Shown here piece after piece: positions 17,992-30,873 of a DNA stretch of 64,000 nt. Source of the DNA: an uncultured Thermoleophilia bacterium (GTDB lineage Bacteria; Actinomycetota; Thermoleophilia; Gaiellales; Gaiellaceae). The position numbers and the translations under genes are program-made. Under the pieces are notes generated by a model. The model saw nothing but the letters and a program-made list of their open reading frames with translations. It was not told the origin of the DNA and ran no database searches. Each line of letters begins with the position of its first letter. Within the stretch, counting starts at the first letter, position 1. The stretch lies in contig CAVPST010000002.1 of the NCBI GenBank assembly GCA_963708505.1, positions 149,287-213,286 of the forward strand. The letters run 5' to 3'.

Positions 17992-19650
17992 TTGGCTTTG
18001 AGCAGCGCTGACCCCGTGTCGGCGGGAGCCTCGACAGCCACGGCCGACGGCGGTTCCCCCGAGCGGGCAGGCGTCGTTCTCGTCGCGCTGATCCTCGTCG
18101 CGGCCGTCGCAAATCTGAACCTGTCCGTCGCCAATGTCGCGCTGCCGTCGATCGGGAAGCACTTCGACTCGAGCCAGACGACGCTCGACCTGATCGCGGT
18201 CGGGTACTCGCTCGGCCTCGCCTGCTCGGTCCTCTGGCTCGGTGCGCTCGGCGACCGTTACGGGCGAAAGCTCATGCTCGTTTGGGGGACCGTCCTGGCG
18301 GTGCCGATGTCGCTGCTGGCGGCCTACGCGCCTTCCGACACGGTGCTGTTCATCGCACGCGTCGGCGGCGGCCTCGCTGCGGGAATGGCGTACCCGACGA
18401 CGCTGGCGCTGATCACCGCGCTGTGGGCGCCGGGGGCGGGACGGACGAAGTCGATCGCCCTCTGGTCGGGCATCGGCGGAGCGATCGCCGCTCTCGGGCC
18501 TCTCTGCTCGGGGATCCTGCTCGAGCATTTCTGGTGGGGCTCCGTGTTCCTGTTGACGCTGCCACTGGCGCTCGCCGCCGTCTACATGGCGTGGCGCTAC
18601 GTCCCGGCGCACGTGAACGAGGGGGTCGAGCCCGTGGACAACCTCGGCGGGATCCTGTCGCTCGTGCTGGTCTCGGCGCTGATCCTCGCGATCAACTTCG
18701 CGCCGGTTCCGAACGCCGGCACGACGACGCTCGCACTCGCAATCATCGCGGTGGCAGCCCTCGTCCTCTTCTATCTCAGACAACGCGCGGCGAGCAACCC
18801 GCTGTACGACCCGAAGGTGGCCGTGCGGCCGACGTTCTGGGTGGCAGCGTGTGCAGGGATCATCGTCTTCGGCTCGTTGATGGGCGCGATGTTCATCGGC
18901 CAGCAGTACCTCCAGAACGTCCTCGACTACTCGACGCTCCAGGCGGGCCTGGCGATTCTCCCGGCAGCCTTCGCCATGGTGCTGGTGGCGCCGCGCTCCG
19001 CGAAGATCGTCGAGGCCCGAGGCGCCAGGTTCACCCTCCTCTTCGGGTACGTGTTCGTGCTCGGGGGCTTCCTGGCGATGCTGCTGCTCTGGAAGGACGG
19101 CACTCCCTACTGGGAGGTCGGCCTCGCCTACGCGCTGGTCGGGATCGGCGTCGGGTTGGCGGGCACGCCCGCCTCACACTCGCTCACCGGCTCGGTGCCG
19201 GTGAAGCGAGTCGGGATGGCGTCGGGCACTGCCGACCTGCAGCGCGACCTCGGCGGTGCCGTCATGCAGTCGATCTTCGGGGCTCTCCTCACGGCCGGTT
19301 ACGCAACGGCCGCCGGGAGCTTGATCTCTGCCTCCGGCAAGGACATCTCGGCGAATACCCAGGCCGAGCTGACGAAGTCGTTCTCGAGCGCTGCAGACAC
19401 CGCCTCGCGCTACCCGAGCTCCGTACAGGCGAACATCATCGCGGGGGCGAAGACGGCGTTCCTGAAGGGCGACCAATGGGCGTATCTCGCCGGCATCGTG
19501 GCGGTGCTCGCTGGAGCGGTGCTCGTCTACTTCTGCTTCCCCGGTAAGGAGCGCGAGGAGGAGCTGCTCGACTCCTATCACGCCGAGGACGTTGCCGAGG
19601 CTGCGATCGAGCCCGGCGGGCCGCCGCTCGCCGATCCGGCCCCCGCCTAG
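17992..19650 (+). CDS. MFS transporter, DHA2 (EmrB/QacA-like, 14-TM) type
   Basis: 552-aa ORF that is hydrophobic throughout, with LNLSVANVALPSIGKHF and GALGDRYGRKLML motifs. A TTG start follows GGAGG. Confidence 0.85.
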   Translation: MALSSADPVSAGASTATADGGSPERAGVVLVALILVAAVANLNLSVANVALPSIGKHFDSSQTTLDLIAVGYSLGLACSVLWLGALGDRYGRKLMLVWGTVLAVPMSLLAAYAPSDTVLFIARVGGGLAAGMAYPTTLALITALWAPGAGRTKSIALWSGIGGAIAALGPLCSGILLEHFWWGSVFLLTLPLALAAVYMAWRYVPAHVNEGVEPVDNLGGILSLVLVSALILAINFAPVPNAGTTTLALAIIAVAALVLFYLRQRAASNPLYDPKVAVRPTFWVAACAGIIVFGSLMGAMFIGQQYLQNVLDYSTLQAGLAILPAAFAMVLVAPRSAKIVEARGARFTLLFGYVFVLGGFLAMLLLWKDGTPYWEVGLAYALVGIGVGLAGTPASHSLTGSVPVKRVGMASGTADLQRDLGGAVMQSIFGALLTAGYATAAGSLISASGKDISANTQAELTKSFSSAADTASRYPSSVQANIIAGAKTAFLKGDQWAYLAGIVAVLAGAVLVYFCFPGKEREEELLDSYHAEDVAEAAIEPGGPPLADPAPA

Positions 19651-19757
19651 TCGCCGAACCCCCTCGCGGCGCTTGCCCCCGGGTGGACGAGGCGTGCGCA
19701 CCACCATCCGTTTTGGATGATGACCGTGCCGAAACCTTGGCTTAGTCTCGCCTCGCG

Positions 19758-21062
19758 ATGTCACGTCAGGGCGCAGAGAGCGGCGGGAAAAGGCCGAGGG
19801 TGGTCGTGCTCGGAGGGGGTTTCGGGGGGCTCGGAGCCGCCCGGAAGCTCGCCGGTGCAGACGCCGACGTGATCCTCGTCGATCGCAACGACTACCACAC
19901 CTTTCAGCCTCTCCTCTATCAGGTCGCCACCGACCTGCTCGAGAATGCCGCCGTCGGGCACTCGCTGCGCGACCTGTTCCAGGACCAGCCGAACGCCCGG
20001 GTCCACCAGGGAAGCGTGACCTCGATCGACGTGGACAAGCGCATCGTGGAGTTTTCGGACCGGGCGCCGCTCGAGTACGACTACCTCGTCATGGCCCTCG
20101 GGGCGACCGTCAACTTCTTCGGCACCGAGGGAGCCGCGGAGCACAGCTTTCCGATGTACACGCTGGTCGACGCGGTACGGCTCAAGGACCACGTGCTCGA
20201 GCGATGGGAAGCAGCCGATCGCGATCCGTCGGTCGTCGACGACGGTGCGCTGAACGTCGTCGTCGTGGGCGGAGGCCCGACGGGGGTCGAGAGCGTCGGC
20301 GCGCTCGCCGAGCTCTACCGCAGCAACTTCGCCGAGGACTTTCCCGACCTTCCGCAGGGCAAGGCGCGCCTGATCCTCGTCGAGGCCGGCCCAACCGTCT
20401 TTGCGATGTTCAAGCAGGACATCCGCGACTACACCAAGCGGGCGCTCGAGAAGCGTGGGGTCGAGGTCGTCGTCGGCGAGAGCGTTACCTCGATCACGCC
20501 GACTCGCGTCACGCTCCGGTCCGGCAAGGTGCTCGAGGCGCACACCCTCGTCTGGGGGGCGGGCCTGCAGGCGAGCGCGATCGCCGGGACGTTGCCGGTG
20601 ACCCTCGAGCGTGGGGCGCGTATCCCGGTCGGGCCCGACCTGAGCCTCGACGGCCGGCCGGAGGTGTTCGCCGTCGGCGACGCCGCGTGGATCGTCGATA
20701 CGAAGACCGGCGAGGTGCTACCGCAGCTCGGCTCGGTCGCCTTGCAGGCCGGTGAGTGGGCGGGCGAGAACATCGCAAGGCTGCTCGCGGGCAAGGAGAC
20801 GGAACCCTTCGTCTACAAGGACAAGGGCACGATGGCGACGATCGGCCGGGCCGCCGCAGTGGTGCAGTTTCGCCGTGGGCGCACGATGAAGGGAAAGGCC
20901 GCGTCGCTCGCCTGGGGAGCGGTTCATCTCGCGCTGCTCTCGACCGGTGAGGATCGGGCGAAGGCCGTGATCGACTGGACTTGGGCGGGGCTGACCCACG
21001 AGCGGCCGAGCCGGATCACGGTGCGCACAGACGTCAATGAGGAGGAGAGGAGGGCGAAGTGA
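19758..21062 (+). CDS. ndh: Type II NADH dehydrogenase (NDH-2)
   Basis: It has two dinucleotide folds, VVVLGGGFGGLGAA and VVVVGGGPTGVE, followed by GDAAW... Length and layout are typical of Ndh. Confidence 0.85.
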   Translation: MSRQGAESGGKRPRVVVLGGGFGGLGAARKLAGADADVILVDRNDYHTFQPLLYQVATDLLENAAVGHSLRDLFQDQPNARVHQGSVTSIDVDKRIVEFSDRAPLEYDYLVMALGATVNFFGTEGAAEHSFPMYTLVDAVRLKDHVLERWEAADRDPSVVDDGALNVVVVGGGPTGVESVGALAELYRSNFAEDFPDLPQGKARLILVEAGPTVFAMFKQDIRDYTKRALEKRGVEVVVGESVTSITPTRVTLRSGKVLEAHTLVWGAGLQASAIAGTLPVTLERGARIPVGPDLSLDGRPEVFAVGDAAWIVDTKTGEVLPQLGSVALQAGEWAGENIARLLAGKETEPFVYKDKGTMATIGRAAAVVQFRRGRTMKGKAASLAWGAVHLALLSTGEDRAKAVIDWTWAGLTHERPSRITVRTDVNEEERRAK

Positions 21063-22443
21063 CCGAGCAGTCTGCAGACGTGTTCGTCATCTTCGGAATC
21101 ACCGGCGATCTCGCAAAGGTGATGACGTTCAGGTCGTTGTACCGGCTCGAGCGGCGGGGCCTGCTGGACTGCCCGATCGTTGGCGTCGCGGTCGACGACT
21201 GGTCGGTCGAGCAGCTGGTGGACCGGGCGCGCGAATCCATCGTCGGCACGGGCGAGCCGCTCGACGAAGACGTGTTCGGCCGGCTTGCCAAGCGCTTCTC
21301 GTACGTCTCTGGTGATTTCGGCGACGACGCGACCTACGGCCGCGTCGCGGCCGCGATCAGCGGAAAGACGAACCCCGTCTTCTACCTCGAGATTCCCCCG
21401 TTCCTCTTCGGACGGGTCGTGAAGGGCCTCACCGACGCGGGGTTGACGAAGACGGGCAGGGTCGTCGTCGAGAAGCCCTTCGGGCACGACTCGGCGTCGG
21501 CCCGTGCGCTCGCCGACGAGCTGCACCAGTACATCGAAGAGTCCCAGCTGTACCGAATCGACCACTACCTCGGGAAGATGGGGCTCGAAGAGATCCTCTA
21601 CCTCCGCTTCGCCAACACGATCCTGGAGCCGCTGTGGAGCAGGAATTACCTGTCCTCCGTCCAGATCACGATGGCCGAGGACTTCGACGTCTCAGACCGG
21701 GGTCACTTCTACGACCCGGTCGGCGCGTTGCGCGACGTCGTCGTGAATCACCTGATGCAGGTCGTTGCGGCGGCCGCGATGGAGCCGCCGTCCCGTGGAG
21801 ACCCGCAGACGATCAAGGATTCGCAGGTCTCGATCTTCCGCGCGGTCGAGGCTGCGAGTCCGGCCAATTACGTCCGCGGCCAGTACGACGGCTACCTCGA
21901 CGTCGACGGCGTCGCGCCCGGGTCGACGACCGAGACGTATGTCGCGCTGCGGCTCGACATCGAGAACTGGCGCTGGGCCGGCGTGCCGTTCTACATCCGC
22001 GCCGGGAAGTGCCTGGCGGCAACGCAGACCGAGCTCCGGTTGATCTTCAAACACGCGCCACGTCTCGGCTTCGCGATGTTCGATCGCCATCCTGAGCCGA
22101 ACGCGGTCGTGGTCAAGCTCGATCCGACGACGGGAATCAGGCTGGTCGCCCAGGCACACAGGGCGGACAAGACGGGCGCGGCGGAGATCACGCTCGACGT
22201 CGAGTTCTCCCAGGAGGGCGGCGAAGGTCCGACGCCCTACGAGGTGCTGCTCCACGCGGCACTGGTCGGCGACAGCACCCGCTTCACGCGGCAGGACGCG
22301 GTCGAGGAGACCTGGCGTGTGATGCAGCCGCTACTGGATTCGCCGCCTCCGGTGCACACCTACGCGCGTGGCTCCTGGGGGCCCGCCGAGGCGGACAAAC
22401 TCGTTGCAGGGCACGGACGATGGGAGGAGCCGTGGCTTCAGTC

Positions 22444-22447
<4 letters not shown>
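21059..22447 (+). CDS. zwf: Glucose-6-phosphate dehydrogenase
   Basis: It has FVIFGITGDLA and RIDHYLGK motifs. A GTG start gives a GTGA overlap with the ndh stop, and a strong GAGGAGGAGAGGAGGG site lies upstream. Confidence 0.92.
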
Positions 22448-24333
<1,886 letters not shown>

Positions 24334-24334
24334 G

Positions 24335-25894
24335 ATGGAACGCTACGACGTGATCATCATCGGGACCGGAGCCGGCGGCGGGACGCTCGCCCGGCACCTA
24401 GCTCCCTCGGGGAAGCGCATCCTGCTGCTCGAGCGCGGCGACTGGCTGCCCCGGGAGCCGCAGAACTGGCGTGCGCAGGACGTCTTCGTCGACAACCGCT
24501 ACGTGTCGCCGGACACGTGGTACGACGGCAGCGGCGCACCGTTCCAGCCACAGGTCCACTACTTCGTCGGCGGCGCGACGAAGCTCTACGGCGCCGCGCT
24601 CTACCGCCTCCGCAAGGAGGACTTCGGCGAGCTGCGCCATCACGACGGGATGTCGCCTGCCTGGCCGATCCCGTACGACGAGCTCGAGCCGTACTACACG
24701 CAGGCGGAACAGCTCTACCAGGTGCATGGCGCTCGCGGCGAGGATCCGACCGAGCCGCCCGCCAGTGCTCCGTATCCGCATCCGCCGGTTTCGCACGAGC
24801 CGCGGATCCAGCAGCTCGCGGATGCGCTCGAGAAGTCGGGCCATCATCCGTTCCACGCGCCGTGCGGGATCATGCTGACCGAGGACAACATGCCGTACAG
24901 CGCCTGCGTGCGGTGTGCCAACTGCGACGGCTTTCCGTGCGTTGTGCATGCAAAGTCGGATGCGGAGGTGATCGGCGTTCGGCCCGCGCTCGAGCATCCG
25001 AACGTGACGCTGCTCACCAACACGAAGGTCGTGAAACTCGAGACCGACGAAGCCGGCACGACCGTCTCGAAGGTGATCGCGGAACGCGACGGATCGACCG
25101 AGACGTTCGAGGCCGACATCGTCGTGGTGTCGTGCGGTGCCGCCAACACGGCCCACCTGCTCTTGGCATCGGCGAACGACAAGCATCCGAGCGGGCTCGC
25201 GAACGGTTCCGACCAGGTCGGCCGGAACTTCATGTTCCACGACAGCGTCGCAGTGCTCGCACTGTCGCGTGAAGAGAACCCGACCGTCTACCAGAAGACG
25301 CTCGGGCTCAACGACTTCTACTTCGGGAGCGACGACTTCGAATTCCCGATGGGGAACATCCAGATGGTCGGCAAGTCGCAAGCCGAGATGTTCAGAGGTG
25401 AGAAGCCGGGCGAGACGAAGTTCGCGCCCGAGTGGACGCTGGAGCGCGTCGCGAAGCACGCGATCGACTTCTGGCTCTCCACCGAGGACTTGCCGCGGGC
25501 CGACAACCGTGTGTCCGTCGACCGGGACGGCAAGGTGACGTTGAGCTACACGGAGACGAATGCCGAGGCGAAGAGGCGTTTGTACGAGAAGCTTCGGTCT
25601 GTGCTGGGGCCGCTCGACCTCAACCCCGGCCATCTGATCCACCGCTTCGCGTACATGAAGACCGACATTCCCGCCGCCGGTTGCGCACATCAGGCCGGCA
25701 CCGCCCGATTCGGTGTCGATCCGGAGTCGTCGGTGCTGAATGAGAACTGTCGTGCACACGAGGTCGACAACCTCTACGTCGTCGACACGAGCTTCTTCCC
25801 GAGCATCGGGGCGGTGAATCCGGCGCTGACCGCGATGGCGAATGCGCTCAGGGTCGGTGATCACCTGCTCGAACGGATGGGCGCGAGCGCGTGA
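24335..25894 (+). CDS. GMC-family FAD-dependent oxidoreductase
   Basis: N-terminal YDVIIIGTGAGGGTLA and C-terminal HQAGTARFG...VVDTSFFPS. The ATG lies 1 nt after the GH15 stop. Confidence 0.88.
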   Translation: MERYDVIIIGTGAGGGTLARHLAPSGKRILLLERGDWLPREPQNWRAQDVFVDNRYVSPDTWYDGSGAPFQPQVHYFVGGATKLYGAALYRLRKEDFGELRHHDGMSPAWPIPYDELEPYYTQAEQLYQVHGARGEDPTEPPASAPYPHPPVSHEPRIQQLADALEKSGHHPFHAPCGIMLTEDNMPYSACVRCANCDGFPCVVHAKSDAEVIGVRPALEHPNVTLLTNTKVVKLETDEAGTTVSKVIAERDGSTETFEADIVVVSCGAANTAHLLLASANDKHPSGLANGSDQVGRNFMFHDSVAVLALSREENPTVYQKTLGLNDFYFGSDDFEFPMGNIQMVGKSQAEMFRGEKPGETKFAPEWTLERVAKHAIDFWLSTEDLPRADNRVSVDRDGKVTLSYTETNAEAKRRLYEKLRSVLGPLDLNPGHLIHRFAYMKTDIPAAGCAHQAGTARFGVDPESSVLNENCRAHEVDNLYVVDTSFFPSIGAVNPALTAMANALRVGDHLLERMGASA

Positions 25895-26796
25895 ACGCAC
25901 CTTCGGGCGAGCAGATCGAGATCGGCCGCGGCGACCAGAAAGCGGTGGTCGTAGGAGTGGGGGGCGGGCTGCGACGGTTCTCCGTCGGAGATCACGACGT
26001 GCTCGACGGCTACGGGCCGGACGAGATGTGCACGTCTGGGCGCGGCCAGGTCTTGATCCCTTGGCCGAACCGGCTCGAGGACGGGAGGTACGAGTTCGAC
26101 GGCGGCGAGCAGCAGCTCCCGCTGACCGAGCCCGAACAACGGAATGCGATCCACGGTCTCGTCCGCTGGTCGAGCTGGTCCGTCGGCGAGCGCTCGGACG
26201 AGCGCGTCGTGATGGAGCACGTGCTCAGACCGCAGCCCGGCTACCCGTTCACGCTTGCGCTCGGCATCGAGTACGCGCTCTCGGAGCTGGGGCTGTCGGT
26301 GCGGGCGACCGCGACGAACATCGGTTCGGCCCGCTGCCCTTTCGGAGCCGGTGCGCACCCGTATCTCAAGCTCGATGCTCCGACGGTCGATCCGCTGACG
26401 CTGCGTGTGCCCGCCCGAACGGTTCTTCAGTCCGACGAGCGGAGCCTTCCCAACGGGTCGATGGAGGTCGAAGGGACGGAGTTCGACTTCCGCAGTCCGC
26501 GAGCGGTCGGCGCGACCAGGCTCGACCACTGCTACACGAATCTCGTTCGAGGCGACGACGGACGAGCGCGGGTCGTGCTCGAGGATCCGTCGGGCCGAGG
26601 CCTTGCCCTCTGGCTCGGCGAGGGCTACCGCTACGTGATGGTCTTCAGCGGCGATCCGCTACCGGACGTCGCACGGCGCAGCATCGCGGTCGAGCCCATG
26701 ACCTGCCCGCCGAACGCGTTTCGCAGCGGCGAATCCGTGATCGCACTCGAGCCAGGAGCGTCGTTCACGGCGGAGTGGGGGATCGAGTGCACCTGA
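25891..26796 (+). CDS. Aldose 1-epimerase (galactose mutarotase-like) family protein
   Basis: It has PWPNRLEDGRYEFDG and NAIHGL motifs. It shares a GTGA overlap with the GMC stop. Confidence 0.78.
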   Translation: MNAPSGEQIEIGRGDQKAVVVGVGGGLRRFSVGDHDVLDGYGPDEMCTSGRGQVLIPWPNRLEDGRYEFDGGEQQLPLTEPEQRNAIHGLVRWSSWSVGERSDERVVMEHVLRPQPGYPFTLALGIEYALSELGLSVRATATNIGSARCPFGAGAHPYLKLDAPTVDPLTLRVPARTVLQSDERSLPNGSMEVEGTEFDFRSPRAVGATRLDHCYTNLVRGDDGRARVVLEDPSGRGLALWLGEGYRYVMVFSGDPLPDVARRSIAVEPMTCPPNAFRSGESVIALEPGASFTAEWGIECT

Positions 26797-28182
26797 TCAT
26801 TGCGGTCTCGAAGGTCGATCTCGCACGCGGCCAGTTCGCCACCACCTCGCTCTACCACTTCCTGTTCGTTCCGTTGACGCTGGGTCTCGGGCCGCTCGTC
26901 GCGATCATGCAGACGCTCTGGCACCGCACCGGGAATGAGGCCTGGCTGCGGCTGACCCGTTTCTTCGGAACGCTCTTCCTGATCAACTTCGCGATCGGGG
27001 TCGCGACCGGGCTCGTGCAGGAGTTCGAGTTCGGCATGAACTGGTCCGTCTACTCGAGGTTCGTCGGCAACGTCTTCGGGGCGCCGCTCGCGGTCGAAGG
27101 CTTAGCCGCGTTCGCCCTCGAGTCCACCTTCCTCGGTCTTTGGATCTTCGGCTGGGACCGGCTCTCACCGCGGCTCCATCTCGCAACGCTCTGGATCGCG
27201 GTGCTCGGTAGCTGGCTGTCGGCCTACTTCATCCTCGTGGCGAACTCGTGGATGCAGCACCCGGTCGGCTACAAGATCGTCAACGGGGAGGCGCAGCTCA
27301 CGAGCGTCTGGGCGCTCGTGTCGAACTCGTTCGCACTCCGCGCGTATCTGCACACGATCCTCGCCGGCCTGATCTTCGGGGCGATCGTGATGCTGGGCGT
27401 CTGCTGCTGGCAGTTCCTGCGCAGCCACGAGGTCGAGCTGTTCCGTAACGCGGCGAAGCTGGCGCTGATCGTCGCCGTGCCCGTGACCCTGCTGCAGCTG
27501 GTGGTCGGGAACCGCTTCGGCGAGGCCGTGACGAGCGCCCAGAGCATGAAGATCGCCGCCTCCGAGGCACAGTGGAATACCTGCGATCCCTGCGGGTTCT
27601 CGCTCTTCCAGATCGGCGGGTTCACCGAGCAGGACGAAACGCCCAGCTTCTCGATCACGATCCCGAGGCTCCTCTCCTACATGGCCACCGGCTCGTTCAA
27701 CGGCCAGGTGCAGGGTCTCAGCGACCTCCAGACCCAGGAGCAGCGCAAGTATGGACGCGGCAACTACATCCCGAACGTCCGAGTGATCTACTGGTCGATG
27801 CGGGTGATGGCCTTCGCAGGCGTGCTGATGTTCATGCTCGCCGCCGTTGGGGCGTGGCTCTACCGGAAGCAAAGGCTCGAGAAAGCTCGCTGGTTCCACC
27901 GGACGGCGATCGCCGCGATCGCGCTCCCATACATCGCCGCCTCAGCCGGCTGGATCCTCACCGAGATGGGACGCCAGCCCTGGATCGTGCAAGGGCTGCT
28001 GCTGACCAGCAAGGCGAACTCGCCGAGCGTCAGCACGACGTGGCTTGGCATCAGCCTCGGATTCTTCCTCACCCTCTACGCCGCGCTCGGCGTCGTCGAC
28101 TTCGTGCTGATGCGTCGCTACGCGCGGCCCGACCTGCCGGTGCCGCGAGAGGAGCTGCCCCGCTCCGGCCGTGAGCTACTGA
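26787..28182 (+). CDS. cydA: Cytochrome bd ubiquinol/menaquinol oxidase subunit I. A frame break near 28158-28161 fuses it in frame to cydB as sequenced.
   Basis: It has DLARGQFATTSLYHFLFVPLTLGLG, GLVQEFEFGMNW and the Q-loop EMGRQPWIVQGLL. Removing one C from the cccc run at 28158-28161 gives ...REELPAPAVSY-TGA, with a TGATG junction to cydB. The gene lies inside the artefactual ORF 25842-30629. Confidence 0.9.
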
Positions 28183-29193
28183 TGGACCTCCAGCTCCTCT
28201 GGTTCTGCCTGATCGTGGTTCTCTGGTCCGGCTACTTCCTGCTCGAGGGCTTCGATTTCGGCGTCGGGATGCTGCTGCCGTTCCTACCCAAGGATGAATC
28301 CGAGCGTGGAGTGCTGTTCAGATCGATCGGCCCTGTCTGGGACGGGAACGAAGTCTGGCTCGTCATCGTCGGCGGCGCGACCTTCGCAGCGTTCCCGGCC
28401 TGGTACGCGTCGATGTTCTCCGGCTTCTACCTCGCGCTGCTCCTCATCCTCTTCTTCCTGATCATTCGCGTGCTCTCGTTCGAGTGGCGCGGGAAGAGCG
28501 ACAGTCCACGCTGGCGCGCGGTCTGGCTCGCCGCGAACTCGATCGGCAGCTTCGGCGCCTCGCTCGTCTGGGGCATCGGGCTCGCAAACCTCGTCTACGG
28601 CGTCCCGCTCAACGGTGACGGTGACTTCACCGGCACGTTCTGGGATCTGTTCAGTGCGTACACGGTGTTCGCGGGACTCGCAGTCGTGCTGTTCTTCGCG
28701 TTCCACGGTGCGGTCTTCCTCACGCTCCGGACCACTGGTGACCTCTGCGAGCGCGCGCTGCAGACCGCGCGCCGGCTCGCGCTCCCGGCCGCGGCTCTGG
28801 CCGGCGCGTTCGAGATCTGGACGGTGTTCGTCGCGGTCGACCGGAACGACAAGAACGTGTTCCCTCCGGTCCTTCCGGCCGTCCTCGGAATCGTCGCGGC
28901 CCTCCTCGCCGTTTTCTTCGTCATCCGAAGGCGCATGGGTCTGGCCTTTGTGATGACGGGACTCGGCACAGTCCTGCTGGTCGCGACGCTCTTCACGAGC
29001 CTCTACCCGCGTGTGATGGTCTCGAACCCGAACTTCGCGCAACAGCCTCACGGTCGAGAACGCTTCTTCGGCCCACTACACGCTGGTGGTCCTGACCGTC
29101 ATCGCGCTGATCGTGCTGCCGATCGTCATCCTCTACCAGAGCTGGACCTACCACGTCTTCCGGCACCGGTTGAAGGGCGAGCCGGCAGCCTGA
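28182..29193 (+). CDS. cydB: Cytochrome bd oxidase subunit II, with a frame break near 29037
   Basis: It starts MDLQLLWFCLIVVLWSGYFLLEGFDFGVGMLLPF. After ...SNPNFA the correct tail NSLTVENASSAHYTLVVLTVIALIVLPIVILYQSWTYHVFRHRLKGEPAA-TGA (29191-29193) lies in another frame. Confidence 0.9.
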
Positions 29194-29196
29194 CCC

Positions 29197-30873
29197 GTGC
29201 GCGCGCTCGACCCGCGCCTCGTACGCCGCGCCCGTTCCGTCCGCGTGCTCCTCGGTGCCGACGTCCTGATCGGCGCGGCAACGACCCTGTTCGTCCTCGT
29301 TCAGGCGTCGGTGCTCGCGCGCATCGTCGCCCGAGCGTTCGACGGAGCATCGCTCCGCGACGTCGAGCCCGAGCTCGTCGTGCTCATCTGTGTGTTCGCA
29401 GCGCGCGCGCTGCTCGGGTGGGCATTCGAGTTCGCGGGTCGACGCGCCGCCGCGACCGTCCTTTCCGACCTTCGGCTGGCACTCGCGGAGCAGCGGCTCA
29501 GGCGGAATCCAGCCGGGCTCGACGGCGTCGAGGCCGGGGAGGTCGCCGTTGCGAGTGTCTCCGGCATCGACCCGCTCGCCGCGTACTTCGGCCGCTACCT
29601 GCCGCAGGTTGTGCTGGCGTGCCTCGTCCCACTTGCCGTGCTCATCTGGGTGGCCGTGGTCGACGTCACCTCGGCCCTCGTCATGCTCGTCACGCTGCCG
29701 CTCGTGCCGGTGTTCATGTGGCTGATCGGCCGGTACACGGAAGAGCGGACCCGCGAGCGCTGGGACGCGCTGCGCCTCCTGTCGACGCACTACCTCGACG
29801 TCGTGCGTGGCTTGCCGACGTTGCGCGCATTCAACCGCAGCAAGGCGCAGACCGCGACGATCGCCGACGTCAGCGAGCGGTATCGCCGCTCGACGATGAG
29901 CACGCTGCGTGTCGGCTTCCTCTCGGGCTCCGTGCTGGAGCTTGCGGCGACGCTCGGGGTCGCGCTCGTCGCGGTCACCGTCGGCGTGCGGCTCGACGAC
30001 GGCAGGCTCGGGTTGCAGGCCGGGTTGACGGTGCTGCTGCTCGCACCCGAGCTGTACCTCCCGCTGCGACAGCTCGGTGCGCAGTTCCACGCGAGCGCGG
30101 ACGGACTCGCGGTTGCGGAGCGGATACTGGCGCTCATCGACGACGACGAGGCGCCGGCCCGCGCACGGGTGCTCGTTCCGCCGAGCCCCGGGACGGCGGC
30201 CGTCGAGCTCGAGGGCGTGTCGTTCGCCTATCCCTCCCGGACGAGCGTCGTGCTCGACGAGCTCCAGCTGTCGCTCAGGCCGGGCGAGACGCTCGCGCTC
30301 GTCGGCGAGAGCGGCGCCGGCAAGAGCACGATTGCGTCTCTGCTGCTCGGCCTCGCGCAACCGACCGCGGGCCGGGTCGAGGTCGGCGGCATCGATCTCG
30401 CTGTGTGCGACCCGGACGCCTGGCACCGTCAGGTCGCATGGGCGCCGCAGCGGCCGACGCTCTTTCGCGGCTCGGTCGCGGAGAACATCCGGCTGGGCGA
30501 CGCCCGCGCCTCGGACGATCGCGTGCGGGAAGCGGCGAGGCTCGCGGGCGCGGACGAGTTCGTGTCCAGGCTTCCGCACGGCTACGACACGCTGGTCGGC
30601 GACGGCGGCCGGCAGCTGTCGGCGGGTGAGGTGCGGCGGATCGCTCTGGCCCGCGCGTTCGCACGCGACGTGCCGCTCCTCGTCCTCGACGAGCCCACGG
30701 CAGACCTCGATCCCGAAAGCGAGGCTGTCGTCGGGCTGGCACTCGAGCGGCTGCGCGGCGAGCGCACCGTCCTGCTGATCACGCACCGTCCCGAGCTGGC
30801 CCGCTTCGCGGACCGGTTGGTCGTGCTCGCCGACGGCAAGTGCGTGGAGCAGGACGCGGAGGTCGCAGCGTGA
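29197..30873 (+). CDS. cydD: Thiol reductant ABC exporter subunit CydD
   Basis: 558-aa ORF with six TM segments plus a nucleotide-binding domain. Walker A is GESGAGKST and the signature motif is LSAGEVRRIALARA. It follows cydB after 3 nt. Confidence 0.88.
   Translation: MRALDPRLVRRARSVRVLLGADVLIGAATTLFVLVQASVLARIVARAFDGASLRDVEPELVVLICVFAARALLGWAFEFAGRRAAATVLSDLRLALAEQRLRRNPAGLDGVEAGEVAVASVSGIDPLAAYFGRYLPQVVLACLVPLAVLIWVAVVDVTSALVMLVTLPLVPVFMWLIGRYTEERTRERWDALRLLSTHYLDVVRGLPTLRAFNRSKAQTATIADVSERYRRSTMSTLRVGFLSGSVLELAATLGVALVAVTVGVRLDDGRLGLQAGLTVLLLAPELYLPLRQLGAQFHASADGLAVAERILALIDDDEAPARARVLVPPSPGTAAVELEGVSFAYPSRTSVVLDELQLSLRPGETLALVGESGAGKSTIASLLLGLAQPTAGRVEVGGIDLAVCDPDAWHRQVAWAPQRPTLFRGSVAENIRLGDARASDDRVREAARLAGADEFVSRLPHGYDTLVGDGGRQLSAGEVRRIALARAFARDVPLLVLDEPTADLDPESEAVVGLALERLRGERTVLLITHRPELARFADRLVVLADGKCVEQDAEVAA

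Noticed and set aside
25842-30629. A 1595-aa ORF, the longest in the track
   Set aside because: It is not a single protein. Its first about 315 codons are an Arg-rich frame overlapping the aldose-epimerase gene. The middle is cydA plus cydB, joined by a 1-nt frame problem. The last about 480 codons are an out-of-frame read across cydD. Stop codons are simply rare in off-frames of GC-rich DNA.
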